This document shows, piece after piece, positions 1 through 14,411 of a stretch of DNA of 64,000 nt (position 1 is the first letter of the stretch; each line of letters opens with the position of its first letter). A model generated the notes under the pieces. The model did no database searches and was not told the DNA's origin. It saw nothing but the letters and a program-made list of their open reading frames with translations. The position numbers and the translations under genes were made by a program. Origin of the DNA: Leucoraja ocellata (Eukaryota); assembly GCA_036785375.1 (NCBI GenBank), contig JAWMAR010000255.1:1550001-1614000 (forward strand), given 5' to 3'.

Positions 1-678
1 TAATTACAACTGGGATAAATATGGTAAGGCGGCTATTTACAGAATGGGTATCGTTGTTACAAAAATTAACAGCACGACTTTTTCACAATCTTCCAATAGT
101 ATTTCACAATTTAAACTTGCAAAGCACAAAACATCACAAGATAAAAACTCAGCTAACAGAAGAAATACATTCACAAGCAATTAATCGTGTTCTTTATGTG
201 TATTTGTGAACTGTAACTTGACTTTGGCACAGTTTCCATTCTATATGATTGGATGAAGATTTTACAATCGGTCTCCCTGGAAAGGGCGACAACTTTCAGC
301 ATTAAAATACAAGGAAATCATTCTCTCTGTACGTTTGTGCTTCCATTATGTCCAATTTGGGAAGCCTTGTCATCTCAAGGAAGAAATCACTAGCTGTGAA
401 AGAACACTCAGTCTCAAAGATCCCAAATCCAGTTCAGCAGACAGTCAAAGCTTCTTTTGCACAGAGTTGTAAAAGTGGCCTAAATATTTGTTCCGTGAGA
501 CATAAATAAAATTTGATCTTAATTTCTGCAAAATCACTGCAACTCGGTATTGCTGGTATGGGGGGTTTATTTCGTTCTCAGTTTTTCATTAACGCAGACT
601 GCAGATAAAGCTTTGATCTATTTTCAAGTTTAGAGACGGAGGTGACGATCTTCCACGTTTGGGGCCTTTGGTCTTTTT

Positions 679-864
679 TTACACATACCACTCATTGAAG
701 TTGGAAGAGATGCCGACGTTGGTATGCACGGCAGTAGAGGCGGGGGATAAATTATTGCTGTTTGGTGGTTCGGCAGACGGTGAGACCAAGACTGGTGGAG
801 TGGACGATTCATAGCCAGAGCTGGCTGCTGGTGAGGACTCAGAACCTTGAGATGCTTCATGGAC
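679..864 (-). CDS. ZIC2: Zic2 exon 3 (copy A), C-terminus [24 protein letters not shown]...SSNFNEWYV*
   Basis: Acceptor tgcAG at 865-866 and stop TAA at 679-681. [17 protein letters not shown] and the terminal NFNEWYV match Zic2. Confidence 0.96.
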   Translation of the reverse strand, partial: VHEASQGSESSPAASSGYESSTPPVLVSPSAEPPNSNNLSPASTAVHTNVGISSNFNEWYV

Positions 865-884
865 CTGCATGAGAGAAACAGTCA

Positions 885-1325
<441 letters not shown>

Positions 1326-3073
1326 TCATATTATCAATCATCATCATATTATGATCTGCCCTGACATTTTGTAATTGCAGGCAAGATATAACTAAAATAT
1401 TTCAAATGAAACATCCCCAATTGGAAAGACTGTGCGGAAATGTGCTTGACAAAAATGATTCGCCTTTGGGTTTGAATGATGTTATTATGCGGCCACTTGG
1501 TTTACATTGGCCGGGTTCATTTCTCGAAATGTGAAGCCACGATTAGAAGGTTCCCAGCTGATTGTAACGTTGGACCTCGCACTAACGCAGTGGCAGACTG
1601 GAGATAAATAATCTATTTGGACTTTCAGAATCAGCATGTGTATTAAATGCATCTACTCGAATGAATTTTTGAAATTAAATATACCAAATAAAATGGTCAG
1701 TGGTTTTATCAACCAATATATCCCTCCCCTCCAAGTCACCGCTGTGTAGAAACGTGTTTTTAATAAAGTCCTAACCCATTTGCTTATGTTTAAGGGGAAT
1801 ACACTTTCTTTTTTTTATAAATAGTCATTGCAACTAGGGATCGAAAATCACCCTTCTGAACTTTTGTTTATCGACAATTCCTGGGCGGCGGAACCAAGAG
1901 GTGTGAATCACTCAGAAGTATTGCTAAACGCGGAGGAACAATGCAACATTACATTTATTAGCATTTAAATGGTTTTCGAGAGATATGCAAACCGCCTTGA
2001 AATCGGAAGGATTGCTACTCCAAGGAAATAAATTTCCCAGTTGAAATCCAAGCTAAAGACACGTCTAGCACATATGATTAACCGTACACTTGAGCGAACA
2101 ATAGGCCCACATCCTTCCACCACTCTGGATCAAGTCATTATAGAGCATGTTTATTTTAAATAACTTATTAATTAATTACCGCTTTTGTTTATCTCTCTCT
2201 CCCTTTTGAAGAACCAGCGATTTAGAAAAATAAAAACATGATTGAAAATAATGAATGGCGCGCGATGGAGAATGGAAGAATTCCTCAGCTGCCTCGTTTC
2301 ACACACAACAACTTACTCTTTCTCTGTCCTTACATTGCATGTTGACCTATATTCAAAGTTTATGGTGCAAACACAGGCCACTACTGATGACATAATTCCA
2401 TACGCTGGAGAGAAATATTATGCAATGCGACATAATTTGCAAGTCATACATGCCGTCTCCAGAAGACTTTTCTGCTTCCTACCCGTTATATCTTTATGCA
2501 TTTTAAATCTGTGACCCAAGGCAAAAACCTTAATCTTAATCTTAAAATGTTTTCATGTGTTTTTTTATAGGCTAGGGACCTGTAATTCATTCGCTTTCTG
2601 GATGAAATGCACTGCCCAGAATTTGTGAAATGTTGTTTTCCTGAGAATCAGAACAGCAGGAATTTTACTCATGTTAGATTTTTTTAAACATAAGCGATTG
2701 AAGTGGTTTACTTTTAAAACGTGTCAGATATTTTACGTCGGTTATTATTTTACTGAACTTTCACAATTAAAAAAAAATCTGGAATTAAAACTATTGCTCG
2801 CATTGTTATAGGTTGCAGCAGCGAGATTTTTCAAATGGTTTAGAAAGTTCAAAAAATAATAATTTAAAATTTCGAAACGCTATCAATAAAAAAAGATATA
2901 TTTTTTGGTAACAGACACATTATGATAGTGATTCTGTGAGCGGTTGAAATATCCGCTGAGAAGAGAATAGCCTGACTGGTGGGTAGCGAGGGAGGGACTG
3001 TCTCCTCCCGCGTTAACGTGGAGCGCGGAGCCGGCGTTTGTGGTGGGAGAGAGACTGAAAGTTTGGAACTTAC

Positions 3074-4082
3074 CTGTGTGGGTGCGTTTGTGGATTTTTA
3101 AGTTCTCTGACCTGGCGAAAACTTTGCCGCAGCCGGGAAACGGGCAGGGGAACGGCTTCTCGCCGGTGTGAACCCTGATGTGATTCACCAATTTGTATTT
3201 GGCTTTGAAAGGCTTGCCTTCCCGGACGCACTCTTCCCAGAAGCAGATGTGGTTGGTCTGCTCCGGACCTCCGACATGCTCCACCGAAACGTGGGTGACC
3301 AACTCGTGCATAGTGCTGAAGGTTTTGTTGCAGGACTTTTTGGGGTTGGCCAGTTGCTCGGGATCGACCCACTTACAGATGAGTTCCTGCTTGATGGGTT
3401 GCCGCATGTATCGGAAGAAGGCTCCTGCACCGCGATGCGTTGCCATATTCATACCCATGTTCATATTCATCTGTCCATAATTGTGGTGGTGGTGGTGCAC
3501 CTGGGCAGCCGAGAAGGGGTCAGTCCTGGGACACTGGTCCGAGCGCCCGAATACTTCACCGGCCAGCCCCAAGCGCATTTGGCCGTTCAGGACGTGCGCG
3601 TTTGGAGACGGATGCGATGCTCCTTGTTCGTGGATGCCGGGGAACAGAATATGTGCCGAGGTGTCCGAATGTGGGTGATGTAAGCCCCCTGGGCTCGGTC
3701 CGAAGATACCGTGCTGGCCGGAGCCCGGGCTCGAGTCGGTGTAGCCGCGGCTGCGGAAGATAAAGTCCCGCGTGGAGTTGAAAGCGGCGCCCGAGTAGGA
3801 GCCGACATGAGCGGCGTGGGGAGCTAAAGCGGACGGGTATCCCGGGCCGGCCGCCGCTTGTGCGCTGAAAGCCGAGGTCTGGGCAGCGGACGGATCGTGG
3901 TGGACGCCGGCATTCAGCTTGAAGGCGCCCATGTGCGCCGAGTCGACAAAGGTGTTCTGAGACATGGCCAGATCCCGGTCGGACATGTCGGCGGTGGCGT
4001 GGTGGTGGTGGTGGTGGTGGTGGTGCCTCGCGAAGGTGCCCACCCCGAGGGTGGGGAACTGCGGTCCCGCATCCAGCAGCAT
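3074..4082 (-). CDS. ZIC2: Zic2 exon 1 (copy A): N-terminus, ZOC motif, ZF-NC and zinc fingers 1-3
   Basis: Starts [22 protein letters not shown] and contains [20 protein letters not shown] and [19 protein letters not shown]. Phase-1 donor G|GTAAG at 3073. Spliced CDS is 1359 nt (452 aa). Confidence 0.97.
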
Positions 4083-4619
4083 TCCCCTGAAAGCGGGGAG
4101 CAAACAAACAAATCTCTTACTCCACAACCCACCCCCAGCAAACACACACACACGCACACACACACGCACACACACACACACACGCACAGGTCAGTAGCAG
4201 CAGCAACTTCAGAGACGCCTTGATGTTGTCAGTGTTTACGGTGGTTTTCTAAAGGAATCAGAACGCACCAGTCCATGAATCACAAATCCAGCCCAACGAT
4301 TCGCCCCTTCCCAACTGCCTTCTTTTTTTTTTGGCAAGTAAAAAAAAGCGTCGAGAAAAACGATCGAGCCAAATTATCGCGTGCAACTTTTTTTGATGTC
4401 CTTGAAACAGTTTGTTTTTATTGCGATCACATTGAAGTTTGTTTTCTTCTGTGCTAAGAATTTCCCACGGAGAAAACGCATTTGAACGCTCTTGCTGTCT
4501 GTTTCTCTGTTTCTCTCTCTCTCTGTCTCTCTCTCCCTCTCTCTCTCTGTCGGCAGATGCGTTGTTGCCAGTGATAGCGATAATCAGAATGGCAGATAAA
4601 TAAGGAGTAGAGATAAGAG

Positions 4620-5070
4620 AATCCTGAGGATAAATGCGTGGGGAGGGGTTAGGGGGGGAGGGGGGCCTTAAGTTGGTTCCGTGCCTGTCATATGATGCAG
4701 AGATCGGCTGCTGGCTGGAGTGACGGCGCTTCTCCCAACACCCCTTTTAAACAGGACAGCGGCCACTCTATAATGGCTTTTCATTGGACAACTCCGCCTC
4801 ATCCATTCCAGGTAGCTTGCTCCAAACGCGTCGCCATTTTTCATTAATTACGCCTACTTTGATTTGTGTTTTCTCTCTCTCTCTCTCGCTCTCCGAGATC
4901 GGCCATTATTGCACCACTTCTGTCCCCCGCCAATACAACCGGTGAAGCACCAGCCTCGCGTTTTTCACTGCATAGCAATAAAAAGTTAATCGAAATCTGT
5001 TGTAATGACTTGTGAGCAAATTGTGGGAGTTGGGGCGGCGGGGAGAGGGCGTGGGGGCGAAACCAATGTC
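4620..5070 (-). promoter_or_regulatory. Probable Zic2 proximal promoter region
   Basis: CpG-rich, with G-runs, a TTTAAAA at about 4745-4751, CCAAT on the minus strand at about 4783-4787 and GC boxes at about 4925 and 5032. The transcription start is inferred only. Confidence 0.45.
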
Positions 5071-8000
5071 CACAGTATTATACGCGTTTCATACCCCCCT
5101 AGTGCATAACTGGTGCCTTTTACATGTAAATATGTAACATGTTATAAATCAGACAACTTTTTCAGGAACTTGTCGATTGAAAGGTTTTGGGGCATTACAA
5201 CAGCGAGACGGACAAATCCGCTTCTGATCAGATTCTAGTTGTGAGACTCGGCTTGTGAGCCAAGGCAACGGTCTAATCCGATTCGACACCTATTAAATTG
5301 CACACCATATTATTTTTTTTTCAGTGAAATACGTTCCACGATTTAAGTTCGATTTATTTTACGTTCGATTTTGGAGGGAGAGGGTTGTGAAATGAAATGG
5401 GAGCAGAAATGAAACTCCCCATCGATGCACGGGCAGTGTATTTACGTCTTGTCACGGGCGGAACACGCCATGATTTCTGTTTGGGAAATCGAGGCCAGTG
5501 TAGTGGAGGAAGATTCTGCATTCAAGGGCAAGTCTGGAATGAGAAAACGAAAACCAAAGCAACATAACGGAAACAGCCCCCACCACCCCCTCCTCTTTCA
5601 ACCCTGCTCCACCTCTCCTCTCGTCCCCCTAAACCACACAGAGTTAATTAAAAAAATCCAATGTTACGCTTTTTGCTGACCTTTTATTGTTCAGAAACGC
5701 CAATACTATAATATGCCATGAACAAATATATAAACTGATGCAACACCGGAAGGATTTTGGGGAAAAAATGAACACTGCAATGAATTTAATGAATGTGCAA
5801 ATAATGTATGGAGTTGAATGTTGGTTCGGCATCCTGCTTGTTTGCAACAGAGCTTCTTACAGCTTTTTTTTTAGTGGTCTGGGTTTTTTTTAACAAAGAA
5901 CTTTTGGTGTTGGTTTAATTCACTAATTCCTGTCTAAAGCGGCGCAGCTTCGTGCTCACCGCTATTCTTTCACTCCTCCAGGGCTGGACTCTGCAGGGAC
6001 TACAGGAGCCGATCCAAGTTCAAAGTCACGTTTGCCGACTTTATTATTTCTCTGCAAACCGCCCCTTCCACCCAAAAAAAAACCCTCTACCCTTGGTCAC
6101 TGAGGTTGCGAGAGAGAGAGAGAGAGAGAGATACAGACTGACAGAGAAAGAGACAGAGACAGAGACAGAGAGGGAAATGCAGAAATTCAATTGCATTTCG
6201 GTACCATGGTAGCAGAATGCAGACAGAAGCTGGAGGTGGACAGTGAGAAGGGCCAGCGGCGGCTAATTTATCAATTTAATGGTACTTCAACAGGTTTCAA
6301 TAGGTAAGCAATGAACTTACTATATGAGAGATGGTGCTGTAAGGCTACGGAGAATGTCTTTATCCACTTAGCCAAATCCAGAATCGGCTCTCGCCTTTAT
6401 AGCGACAGCACTTCTTTTGTTAGCGAGCAGGCTTGTTTTAATAACTGCCAACAGTGAAGCCCATACAATATCCTCTTTCATCCATATCAACCTTGTCACA
6501 TATTTCAATCTATTTTTGAATAAAGTTAGTGAAAGTGCGCCGGAGAACTCAACGCTGTATTCATGACAAGTAAATGTGATCGTTTTTTTTTGTTTGGGCG
6601 GGGGGGGGGGGGGGGGGGGGGCGATTAGGATCTGGGGTGGGATGTAGAGAGAACTTTTACAGCCATCAACGCTCGACAATGTTCCCGTTTCAGCTACTGC
6701 TTAGAGGATTCTGTACGGTCGTTTGTTTTGCGTTTTGTTAGTTATGAAAATCCCTTGAGCACAACAGAAATATCTTTTCTAAAAATATAGTTCTTCGACA
6801 GCATTTAAATGGTCGGCAAGACAGAACGCATTGGGATCGGGTGGGTGCGGGGAGAAATAGTCACCTTTCCTTCTTATTCATTGTTTTGAATAAACAATTA
6901 AACCTTCTAGGTTATTGGGTGCAGTGAATAACCGAATGACATACATTTTTTAAACCTTTATTTTGATTCCGGCGATTACGTTAGGGAATATATATATATA
7001 TATATATGTAATGCTATGGAATGATAATATATATATCATTCCATAGCCTTTATAAAACACCGAAAATGCAACAAATGTATATGTGCAAATTACACACGAC
7101 TATCCAAATTATTAGATGTCTAAGCATTATGGAATCATAAATATGATTATTTCGAGTCGAGTATAGATGTAATCGCTTTGACTCCTACATAAACATTGGT
7201 CGTGTTCGGGGCTATTTAACTTGAAGCAGTGATCTTTTTTAAAGTAAAATTGCACCTCGTCAAATAAATTCAGCTATATTGAATGTAAGGAATGTTAGAA
7301 ACTGCTGAAATCAAATTTTATATCAGGAAACTCCCCTCGCGATATTATCTGTCAATAACGCGATTGAGCTTTAATCCAATTGAGCTAATCAAGGGACTAT
7401 TACTTTTCAAATTGCAGTTGCTCTTGCTTACTTTCGCTGTGACCTGACGTAAAGCTTCAATGGTATATACATTCCTTCCTTGAAAGCAAAATATATTTTT
7501 TTTAAACATAGGAATTCAATGGAAATAGTTTATGAAAAAATGTATTTTGTTGAACACATGCAACCATTCATTGTCATTTGATTTAAGTTAGTTTTTGAGT
7601 ATTTCTTAACATAAATCAATTTTGTGTTCTGGCAATGTATGTCTCGCGAGATACAAATCGTGCAATGCATATATATTATTGTGCGAATTTGCTTGTGAGA
7701 CGGCAGGAGGAAGTGTGTGTGTTTTGCCTGCTGATATGGAACGGCGCAGACAACTTTGAACAAATGCAGTGTTGTTAATTTGATCTATACATCAAAGAGA
7801 GTAGAATTACAGTATGTATGGCTGTGTTAGTCGTGGGAACATTCTAGGAACACAGCTGAATGAGTCCACTTACTGGTTTGTGGAATACAGTTCCACACGT
7901 TAATATTAGTGACTGGGAACAGGAACTCGCTGAATTTGGATTGAGATTAATCATGTGTCCAGCTAAGGACTGAGAAGTTTTATGTACTTAAGCAACTAAC

Positions 8001-9236
8001 CAGAGAAAACCACGCATTCTAAGTATGTACTGTGCTTATAAAGGTTATTTTAGATGCCACAACCGTGAACAGCTAAGGCCTGTTGCTTTCAGTCAAGCCG
8101 CGCACATGCTAGGAAATGCATATGTACATTACAGACCTGCAATATTGGAGCTTCCTCGACCTTTAGCGAAGCTTCCAAAAACATTTTACGATAGCATATT
8201 AAAGAAAGACAAACCGAAGTGACATGTGTTATCAGTTTACGAGATGGCGACCTATGATTGTTATTCCATAAATTATATCTGCAGTTAACCCCTGTAAAGT
8301 CTGTCCTGTTTTAAAACACATTAGTGCTGTAATTTATATCGGAGGCAAGCTGTGGGTGTTCTGCACCTTCTTGTTATCAGTATCTCAATCACATTCACAT
8401 GAATCGTCCGACTACCGTGTGAAGGTAAAGGCTGCATGTGGCAAACGTGGGTCCTATTTTTTTTATTTGGAACAGCAGCTCACAAGTTCTTGCCATCAAT
8501 TGATCGTTATTCACGAATGGGGGAGAAAAAAAAAGAGGAAGAAACGCGACGGGCGAGCACGAGATTGAAAAAATATGGTGGGGTGACAAATAGCAGAAAA
8601 AAACCCCAATAAAATAATGGGTTTGTGAAAGGCATTTAAATCACCTGTACATTGACCTTAGTGATCATCGCGACAATAAGAGCAAATTGTTAATGTTTAC
8701 AAAAAATATATGGCGGATGAACAATGCAATATGCAGTGTTTAATCAAAACATAAATTAAGCTATAAGAAAGGCACAATGTTACATTTTGTCAATCCTTTG
8801 AAATAATCAATAAATTGCCAAGGAATCTCTTTCGCTAGAATTTGCTGAAATTTTTTTAGCATAAATTTTCATGGGCGAAAATGTCAAATTTGAAGGAAAA
8901 CGTAAAATTAATTCTCGCAAGGTCGGTTATATATATATTGCCATGTGCTTAAAGTAGTATAAGGTTTAGAGTACATGTTAATGTCTAAGGTTTAGAATTA
9001 ATATACGTGTACATGTCTAAGGTTTAGAATTCATGCCTTCGGCTTGCTACATCGATATCGCTGCTAACCTGTTTTTACCAAAGATTCCACTTTAAAAAAA
9101 AAAAACCCTTAAAGGTTTAACCAACATTTAAGCAAAATGAAAGCTGGCTCTACTGGCTGCTGTAGTAAGGTTAATTATGTCGTTTTCATCAGGGTAATAT
9201 GACAATAATCCTGAATGTTGTGATTAACATGATTTC

Positions 9237-9413
9237 NNNNNNNNNNNNNNNNNNNNNNNNNNNNNNNNNNNNNNNNNNNNNNNNNNNNNNNNNNNNNNNN
9301 NNNNNNNNNNNNNNNNNNNNNNNNNNNNNNNNNNNNNNNNNNNNNNNNNNNNNNNNNNNNNNNNNNNNNNNNNNNNNNNNNNNNNNNNNNNNNNNNNNNN
9401 NNNNNNNNNNNNN
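9237..9413. other. N run of 177 nt; the equivalent site in copy B is a 237-nt N run at 58784-59020
   Basis: Seen directly. Same flanks in both copies but different lengths, which suggests a masked or unresolved simple repeat. Confidence 0.9.
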
Positions 9414-12400
9414 ACGTGCACATGCTGACGGAAAACTTGAAAGTCCCATACTCACATCTGCATAACCTGTTTGGGTCTGTGACTATCCAAAAGATCACAA
9501 ACACAAGACCTCTCTCTATTCGCACTCTTTCATATTGGCCTGAATAAGTAGAAACACATTATAAACAACGTGTTAAACCGCTAGGAAGTGTTGAATCAAG
9601 TTTTACTGATAGTCTATTAATTACCCCATCCATTGAAAAGAAACATGTATCTGTTCAATAATTAAGGGCGTGCACTCAAGCGTGTGGGGATTTTATGTGA
9701 ATCCGGCCTTACAAGGCATGAGGTAATGGAGCGGCGGATTGCTATAAGGACATGGCTTGTATGATGTGGCAATTGACAGACAACATGGCTTTGTAGGCAA
9801 GTTGTTGTGGTTTACCACCAGCAAGTACTAGAAAGGGACGAAGAACAATACTAAACACACACGACAATGCTTTCAGAACGTTGCATTCGGCCTGGCTCCA
9901 CGCACCTGCATGTATCGTCTGCAGAGTAATATTATAGTTGCTTCTGAAACGACGAACTGCCTTTCAGTCTACCTTTGTTTCCTCCTCAGTCGTATATATC
10001 TGTGTCCTTCTGGAATTCAAAATCTCCTTTACCCACCCATCGAATATCTTGCATTTTCATTCGGTGTTCTGTGGAATCCAACACTTTGTTTCTAAAAGTT
10101 GGCATAATTTTGGCTGCCACACTTGCTCTCTTCAATAATTGACGAGTTAGCACGCTACCACTTCTGGATTGTTAAAATGTTATTATAATAATTCCTGTTT
10201 CCTTAATTTACACCCTCGCTTACTATCGTTTGTGTTACACAGGCTGCATTAATCACCACGTTATGATTCCACCAGATCACTTCGCTGTGTTACCTATACT
10301 CTTACAATGACCATTATTTAGTTACACTACCCTGCTTAATAATTCAAATCACTTTGAATAGTCACCGGCATTCTACCAAATATAATGAACAGCTAAAATT
10401 AGAATTTTGAACTGGAAGCATAATGATGCTTTAAGAGTAATAAGAGATAATAAAACACCGGGAAATCGGAAGCAATTTCCTTAAAAATAACTAAGCCTGG
10501 AAAAACAGAAACAGGAAACCAATTCATTGCAATTATAACACAAGCACAGTGTTTAATGAGTATTTAGCTTTATGCTTTAGACAGGAGGGAGAGGCGCAAC
10601 GTTGGGCTAAAGGAGCTCAGGAGGAGAAAATTAGTGCCAGATATTTGTTATATTTGAAATGTTTTTCACAATGATTGCGCTGTGAACACAACCCTAATTT
10701 ACAAGTATCACCAACTTCTAGTTAAGTTCTTATTTTGTTCTTTTGCATCGGTCGTAGTCCATTTAAAAAAAAAAACAATGCAAACATTTAGGTCATCAAA
10801 ATGTATAAATAGTTTGAATTTAGACGCATTCAACTTCTTGAATAAATAAGTGGAAATAAAATCGATTATTGAAGAAGGTGGACATTACGACATTAATCGA
10901 TGACAGATATCATTTTTGAGTTTGCTAGGATGTTACAAAGCGGAGCGCATACTATCTAATACCTCACCCCTGACAACCCAAATCCTAAAAAGCAATGTGT
11001 TTCCATAATCAATAATGATGGCAAACATTTTGAATGGAATAAAAGAAAACCTGGAGAGTGATTGTTTTTAATTGCAGGTAGCAAACACTCGTAACGGGAT
11101 GTTCCGAGGAAAGTTTGTGATACGTTGAAAAGTGTCCACATGAAAGGAAATTTAAGTAAATTATATTTCCCCGTTGTCTTTGAATTTCACACACCAATGT
11201 GAAAGTATTATCACACATTTCATAGCACACAGTCTTACCATGTTCCTTGTGGAAATTCTGAATCTCGCAGATGACGAAGGGACGAATAGCTTAAAGGTCA
11301 ATATCAGGTAGGAGTTCATGTACTCACTTTCATAAATACGGAAAGCTAAATTTGGACAATTCACAAATACATAGAATGGCCAACTAACGCGTTTATGTTA
11401 GATCATGAAATGAGCCATAACATTTTATGTTACATTACGTAATCAGGTATCACGCTTTATCCCACCTTATTTAGGCAAATGTCGCATTTTACATTAGAAA
11501 TCTATAAATTGAGTTGTGCGCAGGAGACTGATTATTGGTAAGCAGTCTTTGTGAACTAAAAGTCTATCAGTCGTTTCTACTTACCTGGGATATTGCTAGA
11601 CAGTTTAACTGCTTCACCAAAAAATATTAGGGAATCTCCTGGCAACTCCTTTGTAATGTGGTCAACTATTTTTTAGTAATATTTAACAAAGGTTCTGAAT
11701 CGTGCAGTGTATTTATTGTTATTATAAAGGGCAAGCTTGGACATCGTGTATATTTTCATCATAAGTCCCGGTGAAGTGTTGGGCGGGGAAAAAAACTGAT
11801 GAACGACAAGGATTTTTGAAGGACGTACGCGACGTTTGGCATGGATTGGAATATTAAAATCGGAAGTTATGAAGATGCTTCAGAAAGGTGGTTGAAAGTA
11901 AATTGCAATGAGTCTTGGGTAGACATGGACATACTACGTGCATAAAATATGTCTTATGTGCAAAATCAAAGAGGTTACGATGCGAAAATTATCAAACACA
12001 CAATTCTACAGTATTGATAAGAATTAGAGACGCGTTAACAAGAAATAGCACTTCGGCAGATGCCTACATATACCTGTAACGTTACATCGGTTGAGTTAAT
12101 AAAACAACCAGTCAAAAAGGTCTGAAGATATTGTGGCTTCCTAAGACCATACTGAGAAACCGAATTGATATAGAGAAGTCATACCGAGAAGTCAAAACTC
12201 GGGAAATAAATCTGGTTACATCAATCATTTCCAATATCGTGTTTCATACCCCTCTCGATTCTAATTCAATTTCAAAAAAATAACCTGAATGATTTGGGAA
12301 TAGTATTCATATAAAATGTACATGTACAGTATCTAAATATCTAACTTTGATAAAGTGCATCCTTAAACTTAACCAGTGATTTTGTATAATTACGACTTGG

Positions 12401-14049
12401 ATATGATCAATTTACTCAAATTCTAGTCATCGTTTTTTTTGGTAATTTTTATTTAACTCGGAATGACTTATTGGGTAGATTGTGTTACATTACGTGTCAC
12501 AGGTAGGAAGGTATACTAAATAAGAAAGCAGCGCATTATTGTGTCTGTATATATGTATATTTAGTGTGTATTTATTTTGCGCTAACTTATTTGCTTTCAT
12601 ATACCAGATCCCTCGTAAAAAATCAAATGAACCGTTTGACATTGAGAAGACAAACTAAATATAAGATTCCTCTCGTTTCTCTAAATGGAAACGTCATTTC
12701 TCAGCATTAGATTGAATAGATATTCATTTAGTATTGAACATTGTGTTATAATTCCTAAGCTTTTCAGAACAATTGAACAATAATATGAAATCCACTTTGT
12801 ATTATTACATTTGCGAATAATTTATGAATCTTAATAAACCTAAATTATCTGATACTTTTATTTTTCAATGTTAAGTTATATCTGCGTTAATCGGAGCCCA
12901 CAATACTCGTTTCGCTGTTAAAAATAAAACAGTCGTCAAAATGTATTGGCAAATGAAATTTGAATAAAATATGAAACAAATCAGAAGTGATACCAAACTG
13001 AGGATAGTAAACTCTATCGATGAGATGTAATGAGGTGCTGATGGCAATGAGACATTAGGCAGAACATATTATGATTCAAATGAGAATGTTGTCTCAGATA
13101 GGTTTAGCGAGATTCAAACTAATGGTTTTTACATAAGCCCCAATTAATAAAACCACAGCAATATTCCATGGAATGTTAGGTGTTATAATGTTATAAAGCT
13201 CCCTTTCATTCATCCTTTAAACCAAAATGAAAAAAAGAACATTCGCGCATTCCTCATTTATGACTTCCGCACAAAGCTTACATTTGTTAAATGCATTTGT
13301 AACCCAATGAAATTTCCTGCTCATCAGTATTAATAACGGTTGAAGATTGATTTTAAATGTGAATTATAAAAGGCGATGCCAAATTTGAAAAAAGTTGCAT
13401 TGAATTTTGCACGTTCCTTCTACAACTGATCCAAAATCTAGACTTTACTTGTAAAACCGTACATGTGTTACCGTCCTATTTTGCTGGTGTGTAAAGAATT
13501 CTATAAGGGTATCTCTAAATTGATTATTAGTAATTTGTAGTCAAAAGCACAAAGATATACAGTAGCGACGAGTTAAAGCTATATTTACATTCATGTCGAG
13601 TCATTATAGTTTTCCTAAGTTTGAATGTAAAATTAATACAGTGAAATATTTACATTGGAATTTTATAACCAGTTTGGGAATCAATTATTTAAAAATGCTC
13701 CAAGAAAACCACTATTGGTACATGTGATGTGTCATCAGTGCTCAGAGCTAAGAAGCGAATTTAAAAGGTACATGACCACAACCAGTATTTTACATAAACC
13801 CTCCGGAGAGGGGAGGGGGCGAGCTAATTGCAATCTTTAAAGGCCAGTTATGGAGTTTCCGTGCCATATGAGTTTGACTGAACGGGGGGAGGGGTTTGGA
13901 CGAAAGGGGAGGGGTGGTGGGACGAAGTTTACTTAAGTTTTGGAGTCCAAATGTGAGCAGAGCAACACTGTGTGAAGTGCAGGCGGGGAATTGCAGTCGG
14001 GGGTGGAGGGAGGGTGGAGGGTGGAGGGGGGGGGGGGGGGGGGGGAGGG

Positions 14050-14300
14050 GCGGGTCCCGCTGCGCTGATCGCCTGAAAACGGGCGAATTGCCTGAACGGC
14101 GCATCTGCCAATCACCCCCAAAGTCTCCAATCGCGGCAATGCCATCTCTGAACTATATTTCCCCACTGTGTCACCTAACTGTTCTATGATCTGCCAATCG
14201 CCTGAGAACAGTGTGAGAAAGGCAGACTTAAGAGTGCTTTATATGTATTTAAAAAAAAAGTACTTTAACTAGGCTCAATAATTTATTTTCGGGCTTTGTT
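14050..14300 (+). promoter_or_regulatory. Probable Zic5 core promoter
   Basis: Three CCAAT boxes (14108, 14127, 14194) and a TATA-like TATTTAAA at 14246-14253, upstream of the ATG at 14412. Confidence 0.55.
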
Positions 14301-14411
14301 TTTTAGTGGGGCGGGGTGGGTGGGGGAAGGGGAGGGGGAAGAGCGAAAGAGAGCGAGAGAGAAAAAAAACCTGTCCCACCAACAAGCGTGGATGGACTGA
14401 TTTGTGTAGCT

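Noticed and set aside
4083-4187. N-terminal extension [10 protein letters not shown]... of the Zic2 ORF
   Set aside because: It is translated (GT)n microsatellite with a non-ATG start and differs between the copies. The conserved start is MLLDAGPQF at 4082.
3070-4223. Many overlapping and antisense ORFs of 65-183 aa over Zic2 exon 1 (also in copy B and over Zic5 exon 1)
   Set aside because: Shadow frames of GC-rich coding sequence and (CA)n or (GGT)n repeats, with no recognisable protein motifs.
8960-9032. Three copies of taaggtttaga
   Set aside because: Small local tandem duplication with no evidence of function.
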